Source of the DNA: an uncultured Dehalococcoidia bacterium
GTDB lineage: Bacteria > Chloroflexota > Dehalococcoidia > Lucifugimonadales > UBA2985
DNA: 39,719 nucleotides
NCBI GenBank assembly: GCA_964443385.1
Contig: CAYUCO010000031.1
Location: forward strand, 1-39,719
Reading direction: 5' to 3'
Positions 1 through 9,762 of this stretch are shown here, piece by piece; the stretch's first letter is position 1, and every line of letters starts with the position of its first letter. Under the pieces are notes generated by a model. That model had not been told where the DNA came from, made no database searches, and saw only the letters and a list, made by a program, of their open reading frames with translations. The position numbers and the translations under genes are program-made.

Positions 1-882
1 CACATCTTCTGGATATTTTCTAGATTGATCCAATATTTTCTGGGCCACCCACCTGTTATTCGTATATGAAGATAACTTCCCTAAAGCACCTGTCTTAACT
101 TCTTTTTTCTGGAGGTGTTTCGCCAATAAAAGTAGTCGCAACTGGAGGGCAAACATAGTAAAAAATTGGGCGGTCATAATTCCCTCATATTGAAGTTTTT
201 GTATTACCTTCAAAAACTCCGTATTGTTCCCCAAAAATATAGAGTCGATAGCATCGAATATTTTTACTTCTCTGGAAAACAAATCTGAAACGACAGTGGC
301 CACGTCCTCCACTGTTATATGATTATCAGTGCAATATAATGATAGCTTATTTATCTCCCCATCCATTATCCATAAATTGCTTCCAACCACGTCTGCCAAC
401 AATTTTACGGCTGGGACAGATATGGTACATCCTTCAACTGTTGCCTTACGATTAATCCAATTAATAAGATTGTTACCTCTGATTGGAGGAAATGGTTTTA
501 CGTTTGCGGTTTCTGCCAATTGCCTTAACAACCTATTACGATCGTTTATATCCCCATCAATCAGGATTAAATCAGTGGTTTCGGGTATCTCTTTAACATA
601 ACTATCAAAGGATTTCCAATGATCCCGTTTAGCTGTTTTTCCACGGTTTACATCTACTCCACTGTCAAACAAAGACAACAAACCTTCCAATATTACGAGA
701 CGTTTAGATGCCATAAACGGCACGGTACTACACACTTCTTTTATTTGGGTCAAAGTTGAAGACGATGCATGGAATTTAGTTACATTAGCATTGAATATAT
801 CATCCTGCATTATCGAATTTTGCATCTCATACAATTCTTGCCTAATAGAAAAATCGTCAATGCCATACAATACGTGTATCAT
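1..882 (-). CDS. holA: DNA polymerase III delta subunit (runs off the window edge; 3' end missing)
   Basis: Manual translation from ATG at 882: MIHVLYGIDDFSIRQE...CSTVPFMASKRLVILEGL...ETTDLILIDG...; open to position 1. Typical HolA N-terminus and PF-x-x-x-x-RLV motif. Not in the supplied ORF track. Confidence 0.85.
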   Translation of the reverse strand, partial: MIHVLYGIDDFSIRQELYEMQNSIMQDDIFNANVTKFHASSSTLTQIKEVCSTVPFMASKRLVILEGLLSLFDSGVDVNRGKTAKRDHWKSFDSYVKEIPETTDLILIDGDINDRNRLLRQLAETANVKPFPPIRGNNLINWINRKATVEGCTISVPAVKLLADVVGSNLWIMDGEINKLSLYCTDNHITVEDVATVVSDLFSREVKIFDAIDSIFLGNNTEFLKVIQKLQYEGIMTAQFFTMFALQLRLLLLAKHLQKKEVKTGALGKLSSYTNNRWVAQKILDQSRKYPEDV

Positions 883-978
883 AATAAAACCAAACCACTT
901 TTCAGGTACAAAATTACTGTACTTAATGTATCATTAACGAGATCGTAGCGGAATACTTAAAACGCAAGTGGATATATT

Positions 979-1236
979 ATGAGCAGAGCTATTACATATA
1001 GGTTATTAATTTATGGTTTACTCACCTTATTATCTATAACGGCTTTCTTTAGGTTGATAATATTGGGAATAGTCATAGCGGGTTTCACGGGGATAATAAT
1101 AGCTGTAATAAAACTATCTCAGGGCAACTCCAAACAGGCAAAAGGAAAAGCATCTACCAATAAAAAAACGGGTAATGTTATAGAGGGTAGATACGAACTT
1201 ATTGATGAAGAAGATACTGACAAAAAAACACGATAG
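979..1236 (+). CDS. Small membrane protein, hypothetical
   Basis: 85 aa; about 35-residue hydrophobic N-terminal stretch, Lys-rich linker, C-terminal VIEGRYELIDE tail reminiscent of FxsA-like tails. Confidence 0.65.
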   Translation: MSRAITYRLLIYGLLTLLSITAFFRLIILGIVIAGFTGIIIAVIKLSQGNSKQAKGKASTNKKTGNVIEGRYELIDEEDTDKKTR

Positions 1237-1340
1237 ATTCTTATCCCTGTATATAAATTTGTGAAAACTACTATAATACCTGAACATTGTCGTATCTACA
1301 TTCCAAACGCGAGGAAATACCTTTGAAGGACATTAATTAA

Positions 1341-3665
1341 TTGGAACGAGAAATTGCAGGATACGAGATATTAGAAGTCCTTGGATCTAATAGTATCTCG
1401 TCAACGTACAAAGCCAATGATATCAAAAATGGAAATCAAGTAGTTGTTATCAAGGTGTTCCGTCCAAATTTATCTAGTTTTCCTCAAATTAATCTTGAAA
1501 TGAACCAACGCTCTGAATTGATCTCAAGCACAAGCCATCCTGGATTAGTTAATGTAATCACTCAGGGTGAAGAAAATGGAAGATTGTGGATAGTCACCGA
1601 ATATTGTGAGTATAAAACCCTAGAGACGATTCTGGACAATACGAATAGTTTATCGCAAATCATAGCTATCTTGAAGAATCTATCTGACACGATAGGTTTT
1701 TTTAACGACATGGGAATATATCACACTAATATAACTCCAAGCAATATATTCGTTAATACAATAACTTCTGCAGTCAAGATTAGCGATTTGGCTATAAGCG
1801 AGGCATTGAGAAACTCAACTGATAATACTTATATAGCTATAAACAGGCCTGAAACACCTTATATTGCACCCGAATCATTGAATAACCAGTCCTTAGGCTT
1901 TAGCTCAAACATATATTCAATAGGGGTTATAGCATACAGGTTAATAACAGGGGTACTACCTTACAAGTCATTAGACCATTCAGTGTCATACAGCCAAAAA
2001 ACTAGCTCTGCACCTAGAGGACCTAGTACACTAAATAGAACCCTGCCTAAAAAGATAGACTTCATATTTAACAAAGTTCTTTCCCCTCATCCACACATGC
2101 GCTATGAAAATATAAAATCATTCATTACTGACTTATTAGACCTGTCTTTAATTAATAATTCTGTTAATATGTCTAGCATGCAAAATGATGACGGGAAACA
2201 AATACCAATCCCTGGTCTGGAAAACGAAATATCAGGAGAAGACACTGTAGAGGCTGCAACCGTGATCAGGTGCAGAATATGCGGACATCAAAACAGTCCT
2301 GGGACAGAATGGTGTATGGGTTGTAGAAGCATGTTGGTGCGAGCCGGAGCAGGAGAAGACGAAGAGGTTGCATCGTCACAAGAACGAACTCTCAGGAAAG
2401 AAACTAGAGATAGGATCAGGAGAACACTCCTAGGAGGCATATCATTATGCTTCCTAGCTTTCTCTATAACTCAATTCTTGGACATAACTTTTCCTTTACC
2501 ACCTCCCACATCCAATATAAGTTCAATTTCCGAACCAGGTGAATGGGCAATGATCCATAGAGATTATTCTGGACTACATACTATTGAAACTGAAAACCTG
2601 TCTATAACTGGGAACATAAAGTGGGCTTTTAAAACCGCTGAACAAATAGTATCAACACCTGTCGTGAAGGGTGATATAGTCTATGTCAACTCTCAAGACA
2701 ATAGAATTTTAGCTCTAAATAAGGATTCAAGCTCTATAATATGGGAACGTCCTACAGAAATCCCGGTTGATTCCTCTCCAGCAGTAACCGACAACCTAGT
2801 TTTTATTGCCCTAAGGAACAACAAGGTTATAGCATTAGATAGGTACAATGGGGATGAAAAATGGCAATTTACGATGCCAGATAACCCAGATGCCCTTCCA
2901 CTTACTGGATCTCCTATCGTGAAAGATGGGGTTCTATACATTGGATCAGGCGATAATAAACTATATGCCTTGGATGCCTTGACTGGAGAACTAAAATGGG
3001 ACTATCTGACCAGAGATTGGCTAACAAACACACCTGCCATATCAAATAACCTTCTTGTTATTTCCTCGATGGACGGTAGGGTAACTATACACGATACAAA
3101 TACAGGCAAAAGGAGATTTTCCTTCCGTGGTCTGGGACCTCATATTATTGGATCCCCGAACATATCAGGTGACTCCATTTATGTGACTTACCGAAATGGA
3201 TATGTAATTTCAGTCAACTTACAAGAAGAAGAAGTGCTGTTTTTCAGTAGATATTACCGTCTTAGATTACAACTTTGGCTATGGGGCATGATGGATCACC
3301 CAGGCTTGCCTAAAGGTGTAAACTGGATACGGCCTATGGGAGGAACAATCTCCGAGACAACTTCGTCAGATGGTCAAAGAGTATACGTCTCGACACAAGA
3401 AGGACTATTACATGCCCTTAACAGTGAAACTGGTAAGAGGGAATGGCTATACGATGCAAGGCCCTCGAAAATATCCTCGTCTACTATAGTTAACGACACC
3501 TTATTGCTGACCGATGCTAAAGGTAAATTACACGCGGTTGATAAACATAATGGGGAACCTTTATGGCAAATGGAAGTTGCCGACGATATATCTTCAATTC
3601 CTGTAGTCGCAGATGGTGTAGTATATTTAGCTTCTAGAGATGGAACTTTATACGCCATTGAATAA
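1341..3665 (+). CDS. Ser/Thr kinase-like (probable pseudokinase) domain + zinc ribbon + transmembrane helix + PQQ-like/BamB-type beta-propeller
   Basis: Kinase subdomains VVIK, HPGLV, YHTNITPSNI, KISDLAI, YIAPE; CRIC...CMGC; hydrophobic LLGGISLCFLAFSITQFL; repeated SSP/LYALDAxTGxxKW propeller blades. TTG start after AAGGA. Confidence 0.85.
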   Translation: MEREIAGYEILEVLGSNSISSTYKANDIKNGNQVVVIKVFRPNLSSFPQINLEMNQRSELISSTSHPGLVNVITQGEENGRLWIVTEYCEYKTLETILDNTNSLSQIIAILKNLSDTIGFFNDMGIYHTNITPSNIFVNTITSAVKISDLAISEALRNSTDNTYIAINRPETPYIAPESLNNQSLGFSSNIYSIGVIAYRLITGVLPYKSLDHSVSYSQKTSSAPRGPSTLNRTLPKKIDFIFNKVLSPHPHMRYENIKSFITDLLDLSLINNSVNMSSMQNDDGKQIPIPGLENEISGEDTVEAATVIRCRICGHQNSPGTEWCMGCRSMLVRAGAGEDEEVASSQERTLRKETRDRIRRTLLGGISLCFLAFSITQFLDITFPLPPPTSNISSISEPGEWAMIHRDYSGLHTIETENLSITGNIKWAFKTAEQIVSTPVVKGDIVYVNSQDNRILALNKDSSSIIWERPTEIPVDSSPAVTDNLVFIALRNNKVIALDRYNGDEKWQFTMPDNPDALPLTGSPIVKDGVLYIGSGDNKLYALDALTGELKWDYLTRDWLTNTPAISNNLLVISSMDGRVTIHDTNTGKRRFSFRGLGPHIIGSPNISGDSIYVTYRNGYVISVNLQEEEVLFFSRYYRLRLQLWLWGMMDHPGLPKGVNWIRPMGGTISETTSSDGQRVYVSTQEGLLHALNSETGKREWLYDARPSKISSSTIVNDTLLLTDAKGKLHAVDKHNGEPLWQMEVADDISSIPVVADGVVYLASRDGTLYAIE

Positions 3666-3673
3666 GGTTTAAT

Positions 3674-4774
3674 GTGGAAATCGGAATAATAGGATTGCCT
3701 CAATGTGGAAAAACCACTGTTTTCGGTGCCCTGAGTGGTGGTGAATCCAGTGTTGCAAATGCTATGCTAAACACCAATAAGCCAAACTTGGGCGTGGCAA
3801 AAGTACAAGATCCTAGATTAAGTATTTTACACAATATGTTTAACCCGGCCAAAACAACACCAGCAGAAGTGAAGTACATTGACTTCCCAAAATCCCAAGA
3901 GGCCAACATTAAATCCAATGGCATATCCGGTGAATATTTGAACTACTTGCAACGTGCTGACGCATTATTACAAGTAGTGAGATCGTTTGAAGACCCTTCA
4001 GTTCCTCACATGGAGGGCTCAATAGATCCCTTTAGGGATATTAGCCTAATGGATCTGGAACTATCGTTTTCCGACCTAACAATTCTCGAACGCAGATTGG
4101 AAAAACTGGCCAACGAATTAAAGAGCACCAAATCCAACGACCGTGACATTAAACTCAAAGCACAGGTAGTACTTTCTAGAGACAAAAAGGACTTGGAACA
4201 AGAGATACCAATAAGAGAGCAGGATATCTCTGAAGAGGAACAGAAGATTCTGTCAAATTTCCAGTTCCTCACAGCTAAACCCATGTTGATAGTGTGGAAT
4301 ATCGGAGAAGACAATATAGATAAATCTCAAATTATAGAGGATGACTTGAGATCTCAATTCGCTCGCCCAGGTGTGGGAGTAGTAACATTGTCAGGGAAAA
4401 TAGAGATGGAATTAGGAATCATGGATGTGAATGAATCCAATGAATTTAGGGAATTTATGGGCATTGATGAACCTGCCCTCAATAAAGCCATACGCTCTTC
4501 ATATGAGTTATTAGGGCTAATTTCTTTCTTCACTGTAGGATCGGATGAAGTTAAAGCATGGACCATAGAGAAGGATATAGAAGCCTCAAAAGCTGCTGGT
4601 AAAATCCACACAGACATAGAGCGGGGATTCATCAGGGCGGAGGTCATATCTTATCAAAACTTATTGGACTCTGGGAGTTTAGCGGCTGGGAAAAAGAAAG
4701 GACTTGTAAAACTGGAAGGAAAATCTTACAGCGTAAGAGATGGGGACGTTATAAACTTTCTTTTTAATGTATGA
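3674..4774 (+). CDS. ychF: YchF/Ola1-family ATPase (divergent)
   Basis: GLPQCGKTT P-loop, FLTAKP, SFFTVGSDEVKAWT, AAGKIHTDIERGFIRAEV, EGKSYSVRDGDVINFLFNV C-terminus. Confidence 0.93.
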   Translation: MEIGIIGLPQCGKTTVFGALSGGESSVANAMLNTNKPNLGVAKVQDPRLSILHNMFNPAKTTPAEVKYIDFPKSQEANIKSNGISGEYLNYLQRADALLQVVRSFEDPSVPHMEGSIDPFRDISLMDLELSFSDLTILERRLEKLANELKSTKSNDRDIKLKAQVVLSRDKKDLEQEIPIREQDISEEEQKILSNFQFLTAKPMLIVWNIGEDNIDKSQIIEDDLRSQFARPGVGVVTLSGKIEMELGIMDVNESNEFREFMGIDEPALNKAIRSSYELLGLISFFTVGSDEVKAWTIEKDIEASKAAGKIHTDIERGFIRAEVISYQNLLDSGSLAAGKKKGLVKLEGKSYSVRDGDVINFLFNV

Positions 4775-5979
4775 TGATTAATCCGAAGATACAAGACGAT
4801 TCACTATCCATATATATTCACATACCTTTTTGCCAAACCAAATGTCCATATTGCGATTTCAACACTTATTCCGGCATAGAATCTCTTATTCCAGATTACG
4901 TAAAGGCAATAAATGCAGAAATACACTATTGGGGAGATTCACTAAATAATTTAAGTGTTAAAACTATATTCTTTGGTGGAGGTACTCCATCCTATCTACC
5001 AGAAGGTCATTTGGAATCTATACTCAACCAGGCATATAAGTTTTTCCAAATAGATGGCACTCCAGAGATTACAATAGAGTGTAATCCAAATGACATAGAC
5101 GCCACGAAACTATCATATCTGAGAAAAATAGGGATAAATCGTCTAAGCTTTGGAGTCCAAAGTTTAGACGATAATCTATTGACTATATTAGGCAGAAGGC
5201 ATTCCTCAGAAGAGGCTTTAATAGCAGTTTCCGAGGCACGAGAGACTGGATTCAAAAATATAAGCCTAGATTTCATGTACGGGCTACCTTGCCAAACCTT
5301 GTCACAATGGGAAGACACACTCAATCAAGCTATAGAGATAAACCCGGATCATTTATCTCTATATTGTCTTACTCTTGAACCAGGCACGCCTATGAAGCAG
5401 AGCGTTGAATCAGGCAACACACCATCACCAGACCAAGATCTAGCAGCAGATATGTACACAATGGCAAACAAAATCCTGGAAGATACAATTTACGACCAAT
5501 ACGAGATTTCAAATTGGTCTAAGCCCGGTTTAAAAAGTATCCATAATTTAACTTATTGGAGAAACCAACAATACATAGGAATGGGGCCAGGAGGTCACTC
5601 ATATTTACATAAAACAAGATTCAACAATATTAACTCCCCCAGACAATACATAAAAAGATTGAACAACGTAGACCCGAATAAGAATTATAATAAACATCTC
5701 CCCTCTGAAACAATTAACACTATGCCTACAGTGGAGAATATCGAATATATAGAATCCAAATTAGAGATGGCGGAAACCATAATGCTAGGACTCAGATTGT
5801 CAGAAGGAATCAGTGAGGAATCTTTCAATCAACGTTTCGGAATATCTATACATGATGTTTTTAAAGACTCTATTAATGAAGTTATAGATTTAGGTTTGAT
5901 GATAAACAAAAACGGCACATTGAAATTAACAGACAAAGGTAATCTGTTTTCGAATGAAGTATTCTTGAAATTTTTCTAG
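4771..5979 (+). CDS. hemW: Radical SAM heme chaperone HemW
   Basis: YIHIPFCQTKCPYCDFN (CxxxCxxC), FFGGGTPS, YEISNW, HNLTYW; ATGA overlap with the ychF stop. Confidence 0.92.
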   Translation: MMINPKIQDDSLSIYIHIPFCQTKCPYCDFNTYSGIESLIPDYVKAINAEIHYWGDSLNNLSVKTIFFGGGTPSYLPEGHLESILNQAYKFFQIDGTPEITIECNPNDIDATKLSYLRKIGINRLSFGVQSLDDNLLTILGRRHSSEEALIAVSEARETGFKNISLDFMYGLPCQTLSQWEDTLNQAIEINPDHLSLYCLTLEPGTPMKQSVESGNTPSPDQDLAADMYTMANKILEDTIYDQYEISNWSKPGLKSIHNLTYWRNQQYIGMGPGGHSYLHKTRFNNINSPRQYIKRLNNVDPNKNYNKHLPSETINTMPTVENIEYIESKLEMAETIMLGLRLSEGISEESFNQRFGISIHDVFKDSINEVIDLGLMINKNGTLKLTDKGNLFSNEVFLKFF

Positions 5980-6067
5980 ACGATGTTTTTGACTTATATT
6001 TGGCTTGATATACTCTACTATGATATCCTTTTCTTAGACCCAACGGATAATAAAGAGGTCGTAAAAA

Positions 6068-7276
6068 ATGTCACTAGATATACATAACGTTGTACAACAA
6101 ATCGAAGGTGCAACCAATCACATTAGAGAACAAAGCAAGTTCTATCACGAGCAACTCAACAAATCCTACGATACACTCCTTCGATCTGATACAACGAAAA
6201 TTGAAGCTAAAAGAATATCTAGTAATACTAATTTCCTTATTCCTGGAATATCCAAATCGCTTTCATCAAAATATAAATTGCCCGATCTACCTGAAAACCA
6301 CAGTGTGCTAGCCGTAGACGGATCCCACATAGATATAGACAGGCATTTGCCAATCCAATGTTGTTTAATAAACATAGGGAAAGTTCATATCCGATACGGG
6401 GATTCTCCTATTGCTGCTCTCAGTAATCATCCAAGGCTTTTCTCTGAGAAGGAAGATCTTCAACTGCACGAAACAAACGGCAACAGATATCAAACTTTAG
6501 AAGGGCCTCTATTAGGGGCATTACGAGCTGTTGAGGAAATGATCGCTTTGGCAGACTTGATGGAAGAAACTCGCAGTGACATCCCTTCTGTGGCCTTGAT
6601 AGATGGATCTCTGATACTTTGGAGTATAGTTGGTCAAACATACCCAGATTTTGTGAGACATAGACTGTTAGACGAGATGTTCCTACCAGCCCTAGAAAGA
6701 CTACATAAAATAAGCAAGGTTGTTCCTTTGGCTCTAGCTTCTTATATAAGTCTTCCACGAAGCAAAGAGGTTGCTAACGCCCTAAGGCTAGACAGCCATA
6801 ATTGCCCGTATCAAAATGCAAATTGTTCTATTCATTGTGGCTCATTAACAAATGGCGAAAGACCATGTGATGGATTCACAGAAATAATGGATAGAAATCT
6901 ATTCGATAAATTATTGGATGTCGGTGAAAGATCAGAATCATTTATGTCAACATCTTCAATAGTAGAAAGATTCTACGATTATCATAAAATCCATTTTTAT
7001 TACGTGCATGTGGGTAACGAAATATCCCGGGTAGAAGTTCCAGAATGGGTTCACTCCAACAAATATTTACTGGATCTAACCCATGCAGCAATTGTCAATC
7101 AATGCGAAAAAGGACGAGGCTATCCGGTAGCCTTGATGGAAGCGCACGAACAGGCAGTCGTTACAAACCATGACAGAGAAGAGTTCAGAAAAATTATTGA
7201 AGAGGCTTTAATGAGAAATAATTTACCCAATTATACTTCAGAAAAAAACAAGTCTAAGCGCATAAAATGGTTATAA
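6068..7276 (+). CDS. nurA: NurA-family nuclease
   Basis: AVDGS, LIDGSL and C-terminal GYPVALMEAHEQAVV motifs; adjacent to herA. Confidence 0.9.
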   Translation: MSLDIHNVVQQIEGATNHIREQSKFYHEQLNKSYDTLLRSDTTKIEAKRISSNTNFLIPGISKSLSSKYKLPDLPENHSVLAVDGSHIDIDRHLPIQCCLINIGKVHIRYGDSPIAALSNHPRLFSEKEDLQLHETNGNRYQTLEGPLLGALRAVEEMIALADLMEETRSDIPSVALIDGSLILWSIVGQTYPDFVRHRLLDEMFLPALERLHKISKVVPLALASYISLPRSKEVANALRLDSHNCPYQNANCSIHCGSLTNGERPCDGFTEIMDRNLFDKLLDVGERSESFMSTSSIVERFYDYHKIHFYYVHVGNEISRVEVPEWVHSNKYLLDLTHAAIVNQCEKGRGYPVALMEAHEQAVVTNHDREEFRKIIEEALMRNNLPNYTSEKNKSKRIKWL

Positions 7277-7323
7277 TGTAGTGAAAGAAAGCATGATTTT
7301 CCATACTACAACGGGGTTAAACA

Positions 7324-7902
7324 ATGGTTAGATTAGGTGACGTCATAGCAACATCAACCGGAACTTTCACAACTCAGTGTTATGAACTGTACTATTCTCC
7401 CAGACTGGGAGACTTAGTTAAAACCAATGGAGAATACCCCACATTCGGGGTGGTTTATAACATATATACAGGAGGGTTGGACCCAACAAGAAAACCAACC
7501 GCCAGAGGACAAAACGAAAAAGAAGAAGAAGACGTCTATAACAACAATCCACAATTGAAACACCTATTGCGCACAGAGTTTCAAGCAATTATTGTTGGAC
7601 ATAAAATGGAGTCTGAGATGCTTTATCACCTCCCACCTGTCCCACCTCCTATATATTCATTCGTTCACACTTGCGATGACGAAGACACAAAACCCATAAT
7701 ACTCAATATGTCTGTACTAAGGACCCTAGCCATATCAAACCTAGAGGCCGTTGAAGAAGTCATATCAGCATATATCAGGAATGGGTTCAAATACCAACTG
7801 GATAATACTGAATTCCTTAAAACTGTGGGAGTAAATCTGGTGTCTAACCTCCCTGGAGAATTGAAAAAGGTCGAATCTATATTGAAAAGGGTAACAAGAT
7901 GA
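7324..7902 (+). CDS. Stand-alone HAS-barrel domain protein
   Basis: LGDVIATSTGTFTTQCY..PRLGDLVK..FGVVYNI..LPPVPPPIYSFV beta-barrel pattern; lies between nurA and herA with an ATGA overlap to herA. Confidence 0.75.
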   Translation: MVRLGDVIATSTGTFTTQCYELYYSPRLGDLVKTNGEYPTFGVVYNIYTGGLDPTRKPTARGQNEKEEEDVYNNNPQLKHLLRTEFQAIIVGHKMESEMLYHLPPVPPPIYSFVHTCDDEDTKPIILNMSVLRTLAISNLEAVEEVISAYIRNGFKYQLDNTEFLKTVGVNLVSNLPGELKKVESILKRVTR

Positions 7903-9545
7903 CCCCAGATAACCCAGCTGGAGATTATTTGGGGCTCGTAATTGGAGGATCTTTAAATCAGGGCGTAGAAGTTCTTTTAGACTCAGAAGCGGACATAGAG
8001 AGTATAGGGGGTGGTCAGCCAGTAGTTATACAGGGAAGAAACATGAGATTTTTCGGTATAATAACTGACATAACCCTACAATCCACTGATCAATCTATCA
8101 AAACCAACCCCCCAGACCTTTCTGATCCAGTCATAGCCTCTATAGCATCCAAAGCTGCTATGTATGCAACTATACAAGTAATCACAACCTTGACCATAAG
8201 TGGCATGATTTCTGATAGTGAACCCCCAAAACCTGCTAAAAACATCCCTAATCATTTCTCTAAAGTATATCTTGCATCAGACGAAGATATAAACATGGTA
8301 TTCGGCTCAGAAGACCAAAGGCATTTTTGGATTGGGACACCTCCTGATTTGGAGTCCAGAGTAAGGCTCAACTTGGAAGAATTTGTCAAACGATCCAATG
8401 GTGTGTTCGGTAAGAGTGGAACTGGCAAAACATTCCTTACTAGATTGCTGTTGATAGGCATTGTGCAAAAAAATACCGCAGTCAACCTAGTATTCGATAT
8501 GGAAAACGAATATGGATGGGCAGGAACGTTTGAAGGACCAGGTAGTGTAAAAGGATTGAAAAACTTGTTCCCTTCTAAGGTGGCTGTCTTTTCTTTAGAC
8601 GAAAATTACTCTCGGAGACGACATATAACTCCAGACTACTTGGTGAAAATCGGATATAACGAGATAGAACCAGAAGACATAGAGATTCTCAGGGAAAATC
8701 TAAACCTGTCTGCTGTAGCTGCGGACGCTTGCTATACCCTACGAGATGTATACGGAAGGGACAATTGGATAAAAAAATTGATCGCATTGGATCGCGAGGC
8801 AATGCAAGAATTATCTAACAAGAATAACTTGAACATGATGGCTTTATCAACGTTACAAAACAGAATAAGAGGATTAACGCGTTTCAGTTTCCTGCAAGAG
8901 AACTCTACAGGGCAATTAGTGGAACAAATATTGCATAACATAGACGCAGGTAAACATATAGTATTGGAGTTCGGAGGATTCAAGGATAACTTGGATGCTT
9001 ACATATTAGTAACTAATCTTCTAACCAGGAGAATTCACAGTATGTATGCGGAAAGAGCTGATGCAGCAATGGGTGATGAATCCATAATGCCAAAACCGTT
9101 AGTTATAACTATAGAAGAGGCCCACAAATTCCTGAATCAAGGTATAGCCTCTCAAACTGTTTTTGGAACAATTGCAAGGGAAGATCGTAAAAGAAGGGTA
9201 ACCTTACTAGTAGTGGATCAAAGACCTAGTGGGATAGACGATGAAGTCATGAGTCAACTTGGAACGAAATTATCGTGTTTGCTGGACAACGAAAAAGATG
9301 TTGATTCAGTCATGTCCGGTGCAAGTGGATCTAGAGAGCTCAGATCTGTTCTCAGTAAACTTGAAAGCAAACAACAATCATTGATATTCGGTCATTCCGT
9401 ACCAATGCCGATAGTAGTTAAAGTTAGGGACTTTGGTACCCCAGAATCGTATTCTGCCCTAATGAGTCCTAGCATAAAACCAGATACCATTGAAACTCTA
9501 GGAGATCTGGAAAAAGACAGGGAGGATTTCTTCGGTAAAGAATAA
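7899..9545 (+). CDS. herA: HerA-family (DUF87) ATPase/helicase
   Basis: N-terminal HAS barrel, Walker A GKSGTGKT, FDMENEYG, Walker B ITIEEAH, IAREDRK, DQRPS. Confidence 0.9.
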   Translation: MTPDNPAGDYLGLVIGGSLNQGVEVLLDSEADIESIGGGQPVVIQGRNMRFFGIITDITLQSTDQSIKTNPPDLSDPVIASIASKAAMYATIQVITTLTISGMISDSEPPKPAKNIPNHFSKVYLASDEDINMVFGSEDQRHFWIGTPPDLESRVRLNLEEFVKRSNGVFGKSGTGKTFLTRLLLIGIVQKNTAVNLVFDMENEYGWAGTFEGPGSVKGLKNLFPSKVAVFSLDENYSRRRHITPDYLVKIGYNEIEPEDIEILRENLNLSAVAADACYTLRDVYGRDNWIKKLIALDREAMQELSNKNNLNMMALSTLQNRIRGLTRFSFLQENSTGQLVEQILHNIDAGKHIVLEFGGFKDNLDAYILVTNLLTRRIHSMYAERADAAMGDESIMPKPLVITIEEAHKFLNQGIASQTVFGTIAREDRKRRVTLLVVDQRPSGIDDEVMSQLGTKLSCLLDNEKDVDSVMSGASGSRELRSVLSKLESKQQSLIFGHSVPMPIVVKVRDFGTPESYSALMSPSIKPDTIETLGDLEKDREDFFGKE

Positions 9546-9612
9546 TTAGTTAATTCATTCTCGAAAATGCATTGGAAAATTTTCTGATCATACTGAAAAT
9601 CCATGGCTGTCA

Positions 9613-9621
9613 TGCTATAAT
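9613..9621 (+). promoter_or_regulatory. Extended -10 promoter element for the pur operon
   Basis: TGcTATAAT, a perfect TGnTATAAT, about 140 nt upstream of purD. Confidence 0.55.
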
Positions 9622-9762
9622 ATTAATCGATTATCGTGGGTCCTGTAACTTGCATTCGTTAGGTCTAAGTACCCACTCGGACTAGTGTTATATCTTGGTT
9701 GCAAACTAATATGCACCACTAGCAATACGTTTTATTTCTAACATATGTATAAGGACTCGTTT

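Noticed and set aside
6068-9545. HerA-based anti-phage system (Sir2-HerA or DUF4297-HerA type)
   Set aside because: The partner is NurA, and the context is housekeeping genes with no sign of a defence island.
9636-9722. ZTP, purine or PRPP riboswitch before purD
   Set aside because: Only a faint resemblance (GGGTCCTGTAACT); the diagnostic CGCCTGGGC, TTTCTACC or CTAGGGTTCC motifs are absent. Kept only as an unassigned leader.
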